From contig JBPOHV010000001.1 in NCBI GenBank assembly GCA_052035175.1, positions 105,569 through 169,568 on the forward strand: DNA of 64,000 nt, in the 5' to 3' direction. The first letter of the stretch is position 1. Each line of letters opens with the position of its first letter. Of this stretch, positions 48,627 to 58,291 are shown in pieces. The notes below the pieces were generated by a model that was not told the DNA's origin, ran no database searches, and saw nothing but the letters and a program-made list of their open reading frames with translations. This stretch comes from a candidate division WWE3 bacterium (GTDB taxonomy: Bacteria > Patescibacteriota > WWE3 > UBA101185 > UBA10185). Both the position numbers and the translations under genes were made by a program.

Positions 48627-49589
48627 ATGAAGATTTTGGTTACGGGTGCAGCTGGTTTCATAGGGTCACATTTATCAGAAAAACTTGTTGAGTTGGGTCA
48701 TACGGTAGTAGGTATAGATGCATTTACCGATTATTACCCTGTTATTTTAAAAGAACAAAACGCCAAGCTTTTGGAATCTAAAGGCGTTACTATACATCGC
48801 ATAAATTTGGCAGAAGATGATCTGACAGAAGCAGTTGCCGGTGTAGAATTTGTTTATCATTTGGCAGCACAGCCAGGTATTTCAGAAAAAGTTTCGTTTG
48901 AAGATTATTTGGCAAACAACGTAGTCGCTACGAATCGCTTGATCGAAGCAGTTGAAAATTTACCAAATTTTAAATTTTTTGTGAATATTGCAACATCATC
49001 AATATATGGTTTGGATGCTTGTTATTCAGAAGAAACAGCCCCTGCACCAGCTTCTTATTATGGTGTGACCAAATTAGCAGCAGAACAGTTGGTTTTGGCT
49101 CAACACAGAGACAAAGACTTTCCAGCTTGTTCTTGTAGATTGTATTCTGTATATGGTCCGCGCGAACGACCTGATAAATTATTTCCTTTAGCTATCCGTA
49201 GTGCACTTACAGAATTTAAGTTTAAATATTATGAGGGCAGTGAAGATCATATTCGTAGCTTTACTTATGTTGGAGATATAGTTGATGGGTTGGTATCTGT
49301 CATCGATCATACAGATGTTTGCAATGGGCAAGTATTAAATCTTGGTACAGATAAAACAACAACTACTGGCGATGCGTTACGTATTTTAGAAGAAGTATTG
49401 GGCGAACCTTTGAAATTTGAAAGGTACCCACGAAGGGCAGGGGACCAATATAAAACAGCAGCTATTATCGATAAAGCAAAAAGATTAATTAATTATAATC
49501 CTGCAACAACTATGCACGAAGGTTTTGGTCAAACAAGTATATGGTTTAAAGATAAGATACTGCCACTTATTGCAGAAGGGTCATTATGA
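48627..49589 (+). CDS. NAD-dependent nucleotide-sugar epimerase/dehydratase
   Basis: TGAAGFIG, HLAAQPG, YGVTK, YGP.ERPD. Confidence 0.9.
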   Translation: MKILVTGAAGFIGSHLSEKLVELGHTVVGIDAFTDYYPVILKEQNAKLLESKGVTIHRINLAEDDLTEAVAGVEFVYHLAAQPGISEKVSFEDYLANNVVATNRLIEAVENLPNFKFFVNIATSSIYGLDACYSEETAPAPASYYGVTKLAAEQLVLAQHRDKDFPACSCRLYSVYGPRERPDKLFPLAIRSALTEFKFKYYEGSEDHIRSFTYVGDIVDGLVSVIDHTDVCNGQVLNLGTDKTTTTGDALRILEEVLGEPLKFERYPRRAGDQYKTAAIIDKAKRLINYNPATTMHEGFGQTSIWFKDKILPLIAEGSL

Positions 49590-50551
49590 AAAAAGCAGAA
49601 CTAATTTCGATAGTAATTCCTTGTTACAACGAAGAAAAAAATATAAACAGAACTCTAGACGGATTGCTAGATGTTTTGCAATCAAAAGACTTTGAGTATG
49701 AAATAATCGCAGTCAACGATGGTAGCAAAGATAAAACTTGGGATGTAATTTCACACTATGCGCAAACAAAAAAGAATATTAAAGGTATAAACTTTATGTC
49801 AAACTTTGGTCAATCTGCAGCTTATCAAGCCGGATTTGATATGGCAAAAGGCGATTATGTGATTACAGTTTCCGCAGATTTAGAAACTCCGCTTGATTAT
49901 GTTTTGAAAGTAAAAGAACTTTTGGATGAAGGCTACGATGTAGTAAATACAAATCGTATGTCTCGTTGGGAAGCAGACAAAGGAGAGCGACAAGTAAAAA
50001 GTAATTATGCAAATATGTTGATAGCAAAAATTTCTGGTGTTGATATAAAAGATCGAGGTTCAGGTATGAAAGGTTTTAGAAAAGTAATTTTGGACAATCT
50101 TCGTTTGTATGGTGAAATGCATAGATTCTTGGTTGATTATGCAAGTGTTTATGGTGCAAAAATTATTGAAATAGATACCGAGTTTAAAGATAGAGATTAT
50201 GGCGAATCTTATTACAAAGGTCACAAACGCACTATAAAAGTTTTGCTCGACTTAGTTACACTAGCATTCTTATTATATTTCGCAAAGAAGCCTTTTACAG
50301 CGATGCCAGGTAGATTATTTGGTTCTACAGGCGCAGTGATTTCGGGTCTTGGCGGTCTGGGTTTATCATATTTGTTTTTATTAAAGCTTATGGGCGAAAG
50401 TATTGGTAACAGACCTTTATTTATGATCTCTGTGTTGATGGTTGTAATGGGAGTGCAGTCTATGATGATGGGAATGATAGGTGAGTTGATGATGCGCAAT
50501 TACTTCGAGTCAGGCAATCGCAAAACTTATACTGTACGAGAAACGGTTTAA
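49586..50551 (+). CDS. GT2 polyprenol-phosphate glycosyltransferase (ArnC-like)
   Basis: VIPCYNEE, VNDGS.D, NFGQ.AA, LYGEMHRF, 2 C-terminal TMs. Confidence 0.88.
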   Translation: MKKAELISIVIPCYNEEKNINRTLDGLLDVLQSKDFEYEIIAVNDGSKDKTWDVISHYAQTKKNIKGINFMSNFGQSAAYQAGFDMAKGDYVITVSADLETPLDYVLKVKELLDEGYDVVNTNRMSRWEADKGERQVKSNYANMLIAKISGVDIKDRGSGMKGFRKVILDNLRLYGEMHRFLVDYASVYGAKIIEIDTEFKDRDYGESYYKGHKRTIKVLLDLVTLAFLLYFAKKPFTAMPGRLFGSTGAVISGLGGLGLSYLFLLKLMGESIGNRPLFMISVLMVVMGVQSMMMGMIGELMMRNYFESGNRKTYTVRETV

Positions 50552-50557
50552 TATTAG

Positions 50558-51466
50558 CTAATCGTCCCAAAAATCATTAGCTGCTTTTGATGTCGTTGGT
50601 CTGGTTGTAAATAAAGAACTTAGCCTTGTATCTTCTTCGATTGGTGGTATATCTGGATCTGGTATGGAATTAGTTTGTAATGTGCTAATTGGGTGTGTAT
50701 CTTCTTGAGACTCTTTTAATAATGTATCTAAGTCATGCATTTTTTGTGATGATAGCTTTGAAATAATCTGAGATACTTGCTCTTGGGTAAAGTCTTGTAG
50801 CATTGTTACAGCAAGTTGTGTTGGCATCGCCTCAATACTTTTTGCAACTGTTTCAGGATCAAATTCAGCTTCTTGTTGTTTGCGCCTTTCCTCAGCTTCA
50901 GCGGCTGCTTTTTCTGCTTGTTTTTTAGTCCTCGAGGTCTCTAGAATATTTCTTAATCTCACGTCATCTGGGTGCTCTACAACCTCTTGTGTTAATGGTT
51001 GTGCGATTGTAGTTTCCACTGTTGCCTTTACGCTTTGAACTTCTGGTGCGAGTGTTTGTATTGGATCTGTATCAGAAGTTGCTGTTTTGCGCCCAGCTTC
51101 TCTGAAGCGTCTAGCTTCCGCTGCAACTTCACTTGGTAAACCTGATCTAGCTGTATTTATAAGCGTTCCTATTGTTGATTTATTTGGTGTAGGTTTTGAA
51201 TCAGGAACTCCATCTAATGCCACTATTACTCGATTTATTGTATCTCTAGTAATACCTAGTTGTTTCAGTCTCTCATTGTGTTTTTTTGCTGCAGCTTCCT
51301 CAACGCGTCGGCTAGTTATAATGTTTGCATCGTTTTCTTTGTTCGCGTATTTAGCTGCATTTCGCTTTTTTGTCTCGTCATTTTCTTCATATATTAAATT
51401 AGATGTCTTTTCACTCTCACCTGTGGCAGTGTCTTGCGCTTTGAATGTTATTTCTGTAAATGGCAT
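50558..51466 (-). CDS. hypothetical low-complexity/helical protein
   Basis: 302-aa ORF. Confidence 0.6.
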   Translation of the reverse strand: MPFTEITFKAQDTATGESEKTSNLIYEENDETKKRNAAKYANKENDANIITSRRVEEAAAKKHNERLKQLGITRDTINRVIVALDGVPDSKPTPNKSTIGTLINTARSGLPSEVAAEARRFREAGRKTATSDTDPIQTLAPEVQSVKATVETTIAQPLTQEVVEHPDDVRLRNILETSRTKKQAEKAAAEAEERRKQQEAEFDPETVAKSIEAMPTQLAVTMLQDFTQEQVSQIISKLSSQKMHDLDTLLKESQEDTHPISTLQTNSIPDPDIPPIEEDTRLSSLFTTRPTTSKAANDFWDD

Positions 51467-51484
51467 AGTATATTAAGTTTATAG

Positions 51485-52018
51485 CTATTTCAGCTTATCT
51501 GCAAAACTGTTCTCCAATTTTTCTATCTTTGGATGTATCACAAATTTGCAATATGGCTGGTCTTTGTTCTGATCAAAATAGTTTTGATGGTAACTCTCAG
51601 CCTCTATGAAAATATTGTATTTTTCTAGTTGAGTTACAACAGGTTCTACAAACTTCTTATTTGTTGTAAGTTCATTGATATATTCTTGAGCCTCGTTTAA
51701 TTGGTTTTCATCGTGATAAAAAATAACAGACCTGTATTGAGCACCTACATCGTTGCCTTGCTTGTTTACAGTAGTTGGGTCATGAGTTTGAAAAAAGATT
51801 TCTAAAAGTTCTTTGTAAGAAATTATCTCTGAATCAAAAGTCAATTGAATTGCCTCGGCTTCCCCAGTGTTTGCATCGTGAATACTTTTATAATTGGCGT
51901 GTGGATTTGAACCGCCGCAATAACCTGGAATTATAGAGGTGACTCCTTTAATTCTTTTGAATATTGCTTCGGTACACCAAAAGCACCCTCCTGCAAATGT
52001 AGCTAGTTGTTGTGTCAT
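51485..52018 (-). CDS. msrA: peptide methionine sulfoxide reductase MsrA
   Basis: FAGGCFWC, HDPT....QG.D.G.QYRS, AE.YHQ.Y. Confidence 0.95.
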   Translation of the reverse strand: MTQQLATFAGGCFWCTEAIFKRIKGVTSIIPGYCGGSNPHANYKSIHDANTGEAEAIQLTFDSEIISYKELLEIFFQTHDPTTVNKQGNDVGAQYRSVIFYHDENQLNEAQEYINELTTNKKFVEPVVTQLEKYNIFIEAESYHQNYFDQNKDQPYCKFVIHPKIEKLENSFADKLK

Positions 52019-52206
52019 TTTTGTGGATTTGGAAACTTAACTCTTTGTGTATTCGCGCCTTTTACTTCTGAGGCAGCAGCAAGAGTTTCTCCTAATGGTT
52101 GAAATTTACCCGTATGGATGACTGTAAAATAAGTCCATGCGATTGTGCCGGTTATAATAAAGGCAGAGATGATATACAAGAACGGATGCGTAGATTCTTG
52201 GTGCAT
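52015..52206 (-). CDS. small membrane protein
   Basis: 63 aa, one TM, stop overlaps msrA start. Confidence 0.5.
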   Translation of the reverse strand: MHQESTHPFLYIISAFIITGTIAWTYFTVIHTGKFQPLGETLAAASEVKGANTQRVKFPNPQK

Positions 52207-52232
52207 TGTATAGATGATAGTCTATTATCTAG

Positions 52233-53972
52233 TTATATTGCAAGTGCTTGATATAGATCTTCTAGTTCGAATCCTAGCTTTTTGTAATACTCACGTGTTC
52301 CTATAGATGAAATTACACATATTTTTTTAAATCGATGTTTCTTTGCAATTTCTATCGACTTGGCAATCAACGTTTTTCCAAGGCCCTTATGTTGCGCAGC
52401 TGAATCGTCGGTTTTATCAATTTCGATGCTTTGGCCATATACGTGTACTTCGCGAATAATGGCAGCTTTTTTAAGTTCTTCTATAAAGTTTTGCCTTGTT
52501 GGTAAAGATAGTCTTACAAATCCTGCAATCTTATCTTCTGGTGTTACATATTCTATAAAAAACTCTTTTGAGACTTTTGTAGAGTATTTTGTGATTTTCA
52601 TTTTTAAGTCACTTTGCGCTACTAACTCGCCTTTGATTTCACGAGCGCGTATGTCCATCATTTTACTGTGTTTGAGCTTTAAGCTGTTTTCAACTATTTG
52701 TCTAAAGTTTGTTAATTTATTTCCTACTACTATGTCTGTAGAGGGTATGTCTCTTATGACTCTAGTTAATCGACAATATCTTGGTGTATTCAAAAAGACG
52801 AATTCCAAAACTTTTTGTAAATCTTCTTTGTTATATGGTTTCCATTTTCCAGTATTGTAATATTGCATAAGCTCTGCACTCTCAATAAGTGAACAGGGGT
52901 ATACTTTTAACTCATCGGGTTTTATAGAACTATCGTTAAATAATTTTTTGAAATCATGCATATCTTTTTTTGGTGTTGATCCATACAAATTTGGCATCCA
53001 ATGCGCGTGTATTTTGAACCCAGCTTGACGAAGCATGTTTAATGCATCTCTAGTTTGTTTTACACCATGCCCACGTTTATTTATCTTCAAGACTTTGTCG
53101 TTGAGGCTTTGAATGCCTATTTGCACTTTTGTTGCACCCAGTTTTCGTATGCGCACAATTTCATTGGCGTCTATTTCGTCTGGCCTTGTTTCTATACTTA
53201 ACCCTATGCATCGTGTTTTTGATAATTCATTTTGTTTTTGTACTTCAAACAATTCGTCCCATGTAGCGGTTTCTTTTTTGGCATTACTTAATTTTGTGCT
53301 TAGTCCTTTTGCAATTACCTGGTTATAAGATTTTTCCAAAGATGCTCCTTTAATCTCTTGTAACAAAGTCTCGTCGATAGGCATTTCTTCTGATGGAATT
53401 AAAGTTAATGGTGTTGGAGTCTTACCAAAATCGTTTAAAGCGTCAAAACATCTTTTAATAAACCATATTTGATAATTCTCTGAATAAACTGTCCATGTTC
53501 CGCCCAAAATAATTATTTCAATTTTATCTGTTGGGTGACCAATAGCGTTATAAGCTGCTAGCCGATTGAAAGTTTGGTAGTAGGGATCAAAATGATTTGT
53601 GTATGCGCGTTGCGCACCGGGTTCATCTGAAATATAACTTTTTGGCATGCGTACATCGTTGGGACAAAATATACATTTTCCAGGGCAAGGAAAGGGCTTT
53701 GTTAACAAGGTTACCGGAGTGACTCCTGATAATGTGCGTATGTTTTTCATTTGAAATATTGAGAGGAGATGTTGAGTTTGCATAAGGGACAGTCCTAAAG
53801 TGTCCTTGTTTTTTATAATCATTTCAATAAGCTCGCTCTTTGCAAAAAGCTGACCATTTGATTTGGGATTTCTTGATAGTACCCGCTGAATCTCTTTGTG
53901 ATCGGCTTTTTTGACCTTTGATAAGTTCGAAATAATGTTTTGAAATGTTGCAATATCTGTAGGTTTTTCCAT
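52233..53972 (-). CDS. elp3: Elp3-family tRNA U34 acetyltransferase (radical SAM + GNAT)
   Basis: RTLSGVTPV, PFPCPGKCIFCP, GGTW, ETRPD, KVYP, RVIRDIP, IRARE, REVHVYG, QHKGLG. Confidence 0.92.
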   Translation of the reverse strand: MEKPTDIATFQNIISNLSKVKKADHKEIQRVLSRNPKSNGQLFAKSELIEMIIKNKDTLGLSLMQTQHLLSIFQMKNIRTLSGVTPVTLLTKPFPCPGKCIFCPNDVRMPKSYISDEPGAQRAYTNHFDPYYQTFNRLAAYNAIGHPTDKIEIIILGGTWTVYSENYQIWFIKRCFDALNDFGKTPTPLTLIPSEEMPIDETLLQEIKGASLEKSYNQVIAKGLSTKLSNAKKETATWDELFEVQKQNELSKTRCIGLSIETRPDEIDANEIVRIRKLGATKVQIGIQSLNDKVLKINKRGHGVKQTRDALNMLRQAGFKIHAHWMPNLYGSTPKKDMHDFKKLFNDSSIKPDELKVYPCSLIESAELMQYYNTGKWKPYNKEDLQKVLEFVFLNTPRYCRLTRVIRDIPSTDIVVGNKLTNFRQIVENSLKLKHSKMMDIRAREIKGELVAQSDLKMKITKYSTKVSKEFFIEYVTPEDKIAGFVRLSLPTRQNFIEELKKAAIIREVHVYGQSIEIDKTDDSAAQHKGLGKTLIAKSIEIAKKHRFKKICVISSIGTREYYKKLGFELEDLYQALAI

Positions 53973-54252
53973 ACTTTGGTCATTATACCAGGGGACAGTT
54001 AAGGACAGTCCTCGATGTATAATCATTGTTATATGTTAAACATGCCGACAGTACAGTCTATATTAAGTAATGTAAGAGACTTTTATGCGTCCTTGGGACA
54101 CATGTTTAGTCAGACCCGCCAGAGTTACTGGCTTGGATGGTTTCAGCTAGAACCATATTTACCGACTGCGCGTATTTTAAACGTATGTGACTTGGGTTGT
54201 GGTAACGGTAGGTATTTTGGGCTTTTGAGGGACTCTTTAGGACTGTCCCTTA
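53783..54252. repeat. GGACWGTCC palindromic repeat cluster, including a 22/23-nt inverted pair inside two CDSs
   Basis: 53783-53805 vs 54230-54252; third core at 54002-54012. Confidence 0.7.
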
Positions 54253-54713
54253 AGTATTCAGGTTTCGATACCGAGAAAAGCTTTTTGCAGGAGGCTTCAG
54301 CTAAATACCCGGAAGCGTCTTTTTATGAAAAAGATATTTTTTTAGACCTCGGTGATATAAAGGAAAAATTTGATCTAGTAGTAGGATTTGGTATAACGCA
54401 CCACTTACCTGATGATGAGTTTAGACGCATATGGTTTGCGCAGCTTGCCAATTTACTACATGAAAAGAGTATTCTTGTTCTTACATTTTGGAACTTTCAA
54501 TATGACAAGCGTTTTCAAAAAGCAAGAAAAGTAGGTACTAATGACTATTATTTAAAGTTTAATAATTCAGAAAAGGAAAGATATTTTCATGCATATACTT
54601 CTGATGAAATCGAACACCTATTGCAACCCTATAAAGTAGTGGCCACGTATAAGGCTGATGGAAAGCTTGGCGATTTGAATACTTACTATGTGTTATCATT
54701 AAAAAGTATTTAG
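54033..54713 (+). CDS. Trm9/ALKBH8-like SAM methyltransferase
   Basis: FY......FSQTR, DLGCGNGRY, HHLP....R, TFW, RYFH; divergent from elp3. Confidence 0.75.
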   Translation: MLNMPTVQSILSNVRDFYASLGHMFSQTRQSYWLGWFQLEPYLPTARILNVCDLGCGNGRYFGLLRDSLGLSLKYSGFDTEKSFLQEASAKYPEASFYEKDIFLDLGDIKEKFDLVVGFGITHHLPDDEFRRIWFAQLANLLHEKSILVLTFWNFQYDKRFQKARKVGTNDYYLKFNNSEKERYFHAYTSDEIEHLLQPYKVVATYKADGKLGDLNTYYVLSLKSI

Positions 54714-54726
54714 TTAAAGGAGGAAT

Positions 54727-55005
54727 ATGCAAAAAGGCTTATCGAATTTGGTAATAATTATGCTTGTAGTTACTTTATCTCTTGCCACGGTTGGCTGGTA
54801 TGTATATAGTCAGTACCTCAAAAGCGCAGTAATACCAGAACTAACTGATTCTCCTTCGGTCAATGTACCTTCAATAGCAAATACGCAAGTGCCTGAATTG
54901 AAAACTGATGATGATGTAAAGGTTGAAATAGAAGCTTTATTAAAGTCTGATCTCGATCAACTGGAAGCAGAGCTAGATATCGATATTGATGATTTAGAAA
55001 TGTAG
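54727..55005 (+). CDS. small membrane-anchored protein with prepilin-like N-terminus
   Basis: MQKGLS + hydrophobic stretch; AGGAGG SD. Confidence 0.6.
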   Translation: MQKGLSNLVIIMLVVTLSLATVGWYVYSQYLKSAVIPELTDSPSVNVPSIANTQVPELKTDDDVKVEIEALLKSDLDQLEAELDIDIDDLEM

Positions 55006-55032
55006 CTTTCTTAAATACAATAACTTCTAGAT

Positions 55033-56145
55033 TTATTTTGCGCGTTCGACAGTATAAGACGCGATTCCTATGAGATAGTCGAATGCATCTTTGTTCCACC
55101 AATCTTGCTTTGCATTTGTAAGCGCTGTTTGCGCTTGTGTAACGAGTTGTTTGGCGAGTTGTTTTGAATATTCGTATGAGCCTGTATCTTCAATTATTTT
55201 TTTAACGATGGCATGTTCGGCTTCGGTCACATCGTGTTTGCCCAAATATTTTCGTAAAGTTTCTTTTTGTTCTGATGTCCCATTTTCCAAAGCTTTATGA
55301 ATCAAAAGTGTGTACTTACCTTCTTTGAGATCATCCATTGCAGATTTGCCCATTTCGCTTGGATCACCAAACATTCCTAGGACATCATCCCAGATTTGAA
55401 ATGCTATTCCACCTGGAATAGCGTATTGGGTTAATGCGTCTAATGTTGCTTGATCTGATACATTTGCCAATAAAGCGCCACAATGAATTGGGTTTTCATA
55501 TGTGTATACACCAGTTTTAAGTCGAAGCATACCCAATAACTCATCATAAGTTACATCTGCTCTTGCTGTATTCAAAATATCTTCATATTGTCCAAATGCA
55601 GTAATTTTATCTTTTTCATTTATATTCCACATCAAATTTCTCAAGGTTTTTTCATCAACTTGTAATTGAGCCAGTTTCATTTCGGCCATATGACAACACA
55701 TCATGCTAGTTAGCATTGCAAATGAATTTGCTAAATGTTGTGGGGTTTTGCTGTGAAAATCCTGTGTTACTTGGTAATCATGAAACATTACATGTGCTGT
55801 AGGTTTACCTCGCCTTTTATCTGACATATCCATAAAGTCGTCTACCATTAAAATGTATGCATGAAATAATTCAATAATTATGCCTAAATCGATTGCCAGT
55901 GCATCTGTTTTTCCGGCCAAGAGTTTATATGTGAAATATACGAATGCTGCTCGCACACGTTTGGCATCTCTTGTTGTTATATCTTTAATTATGTCAAAAC
56001 TTAGTTGTATATGGGGTTCGTTTCGAGTTTCTGTAAATTGTTTAGTTTCATCATCAAAATAACTTATAATGTATGGTTCGAATTGTTGTTGAAACTCTTT
56101 TATTTTTTGCTTCCCGTATTGCGCTTCGGGAGAAAGTTCTGCCAT
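55033..56145 (-). CDS. polyprenyl diphosphate synthase (IspA/GGPPS family)
   Basis: VDDFMD....RRG, GQ.ED, KT, FQIWDD, DDLKEGK. Confidence 0.9.
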   Translation of the reverse strand: MAELSPEAQYGKQKIKEFQQQFEPYIISYFDDETKQFTETRNEPHIQLSFDIIKDITTRDAKRVRAAFVYFTYKLLAGKTDALAIDLGIIIELFHAYILMVDDFMDMSDKRRGKPTAHVMFHDYQVTQDFHSKTPQHLANSFAMLTSMMCCHMAEMKLAQLQVDEKTLRNLMWNINEKDKITAFGQYEDILNTARADVTYDELLGMLRLKTGVYTYENPIHCGALLANVSDQATLDALTQYAIPGGIAFQIWDDVLGMFGDPSEMGKSAMDDLKEGKYTLLIHKALENGTSEQKETLRKYLGKHDVTEAEHAIVKKIIEDTGSYEYSKQLAKQLVTQAQTALTNAKQDWWNKDAFDYLIGIASYTVERAK

Positions 56146-56165
56146 TTTATTAAATTTTTATCAGG

Positions 56166-56864
56166 TTATTTACCAAAATTTCTTTGTACGCTTTCAAAAT
56201 AATCGATTGCTTTTTTAAGTTCATTTTTATCGAATGCAGGAAACATTACATCGGTAAAATATAATTCAGCATAAGTACCTTGCCATGGCATAATTCCGCT
56301 GAGTCTGTTGTGTGCGCCAGTACGAATAATCAAATCTGGATCTGGCATGTCTTTTGTATCCAAACAATTAGAAAAATTTTCTTCTGTGATTTCTAAGTTT
56401 TGTTCTTTCAACTTGGTGATTGCTCGTAAGATTTCGTCTCGTCCACCATAGTCTACTGCTAATGCAAAATTGAATCCAACAAAATCTTTACTAACGTCTT
56501 CGACTTCTTCTATGTCTTTGACAACGTCTACTGGTAAGCGATCTTTTCTACCTATATGCCTATATTTAATTTTTTCTTCCACACACTTTTTTTTGTATTT
56601 GGTAGAAAATTCACGGGCTAGTTCCATCATGTATTCAAATTCGTCAGAGCGTTTTTCCCGATTTTCTGTAGACAAAACCCAACATGTAAGATATTCAACA
56701 CCCAGGTCTCGCGCGGCATTGACTAATATTTCGATATTCTCAACACCCTTACGATGACCAAATATTTTTGGTTGATTATTTGCGGCAGCCCAGCGGCGAT
56801 TTCCATCACAGACTATTACTATATGTTTGGGAGGTTTCACAGATTCATTTAATTTTTCTGACAT
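56166..56864 (-). CDS. uppS: undecaprenyl diphosphate synthase
   Basis: HI..VCDGNRRWA, STEN..R, YGGRDEI, PDLIIRTG...RLS. Confidence 0.93.
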   Translation of the reverse strand: MSEKLNESVKPPKHIVIVCDGNRRWAAANNQPKIFGHRKGVENIEILVNAARDLGVEYLTCWVLSTENREKRSDEFEYMMELAREFSTKYKKKCVEEKIKYRHIGRKDRLPVDVVKDIEEVEDVSKDFVGFNFALAVDYGGRDEILRAITKLKEQNLEITEENFSNCLDTKDMPDPDLIIRTGAHNRLSGIMPWQGTYAELYFTDVMFPAFDKNELKKAIDYFESVQRNFGK

Positions 56865-56897
56865 ATTATTAATAAACCTTCTTTTATGAAGTTAAAT

Positions 56898-56984
56898 TCA
56901 TTTTGAGGTTACTCGCTTTAGTTTGCGTTTACCTTTGCGTGCTTTGCGCCTAGTTGTTCTTCCATTTCTTTTTAAGTCTGGCAT
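56898..56984 (-). CDS. 28-aa Arg/Lys-rich peptide MPDLKRNGRTTRRKARKGKRKLKRVTSK (not in ORF track)
   Basis: ATG..TGA frame fills the intergenic gap; extreme basic composition. Confidence 0.55.
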   Translation of the reverse strand: MPDLKRNGRTTRRKARKGKRKLKRVTSK

Positions 56985-57056
56985 AACACCGTTATTTTCT
57001 CATAAACTTTAACTAAAGCAATATATGTTCGGGTAACCTTTGGTATAATGCTTTTT

Positions 57057-57695
57057 ATGAGGATTGTGGTTGGTAATAAAACAAAAGAATTTTCAAGTGG
57101 CGATTTGGCTTTATTTCTAAAGCCAAATCGCCCAGTAGCTATAGATCTGGGTACAGGAGATGGTCGATTTGTCTATAAAAATGCACTAAAAAGTCTAGAG
57201 ACGCTATATATTGGCGTCGACCCAAGTGAAAAACAACTCGCAATTTATTCTAAGCAAGCACAAAAAAAGAAATTACTTAATGTTTTATTTATTGTTTCTT
57301 CAGTTGATGCACTTCCCATCGAATTAACAAATCTAGCTAATACCGTATATATAAATTTACCCTGGGGAAGACTGCTGGAAGCTGTTGTTAAGGTAGATAG
57401 TGGTATGAAAGATGTGATAAATCTGCTAGTTCCCGATGGTAATTTGGAAATAGTTCTAGGTTATGATCAATCTCTAGAACCAACTGAAACTGCTCGGTTG
57501 CACTTGCCGGAAATAAACTTAACTTATATAAACCAACATATTATTCCAAAAATGCAATTGTTGGGGTTTTCTCTAGTCGAAAGTGTGACTTTGGAGAAGG
57601 ATGTAATAAAGCAGATTGATACTACTTGGGCTAAAAAATTGGCTTTCGGGAAAGAACGTCCAATTTACAAACTCGTCTTCAAAAAGTCTCGCTAG
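57057..57695 (+). CDS. NpmA/KamB-family 16S rRNA (adenine1408-N1)-methyltransferase
   Basis: IDLGTGDG, YIGVDP, LP.EL, PWG.LL, W-AKKLAFG.R closely parallel NpmA/KamB. Confidence 0.85.
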   Translation: MRIVVGNKTKEFSSGDLALFLKPNRPVAIDLGTGDGRFVYKNALKSLETLYIGVDPSEKQLAIYSKQAQKKKLLNVLFIVSSVDALPIELTNLANTVYINLPWGRLLEAVVKVDSGMKDVINLLVPDGNLEIVLGYDQSLEPTETARLHLPEINLTYINQHIIPKMQLLGFSLVESVTLEKDVIKQIDTTWAKKLAFGKERPIYKLVFKKSR

Positions 57696-57787
57696 AAGAG
57701 CTAAACCCGTTGTATGCTGCACATATTGCCCGGGTTTGTCGCTCAATAAGAACGTTGTTAAGTGATTAATACTTTTTGTTAATTCAC

Positions 57788-58285
57788 TTATTTTTTAGTT
57801 TCTACAACTATGCTTTTGGCTAACATATCGTGCCAAGTTTGCTTGTTTGGATTCCAAAGCATCCATAAATAACCCAATCCCAAAGCTAGGCCAGATAATA
57901 GTTTACCTACTACTTCACGGAGTATTGCGTGTATAACATCAAGGTTTTGACCTGTTGTAATATCTTGAACCCTGATTCCAAGTGCCATTTTTCCTACTGT
58001 TGCTCCGTATTTGTGTATCATGAATACATAATAAACAAATCCTACAAGAGTTCCGAGTGGATTCATAGTTGTTGTTGTTGCGGTATTAGCTGCTGGTGTA
58101 GTACCGGTTAATGCTGCCAATACTGATCCTACAATTCCAATAAGTATTGCATCTATTAATACTGCTAAAAATCTTTTACCAAATGATGCATATACTAATG
58201 TTGTTGCTTCTGTAGCCATTGGTTGTGCTGGCATTGACATTGTATTCATTTGATTTTGTTCTGTTGTCATCGGTGTTTCTTCCAT
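57788..58285 (-). CDS. RDD family protein
   Basis: YASFGKRFLAVLID, GATVGKM, QTWHD. Confidence 0.88.
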   Translation of the reverse strand: MEETPMTTEQNQMNTMSMPAQPMATEATTLVYASFGKRFLAVLIDAILIGIVGSVLAALTGTTPAANTATTTTMNPLGTLVGFVYYVFMIHKYGATVGKMALGIRVQDITTGQNLDVIHAILREVVGKLLSGLALGLGYLWMLWNPNKQTWHDMLAKSIVVETKK

Positions 58286-58291
58286 TATTTA

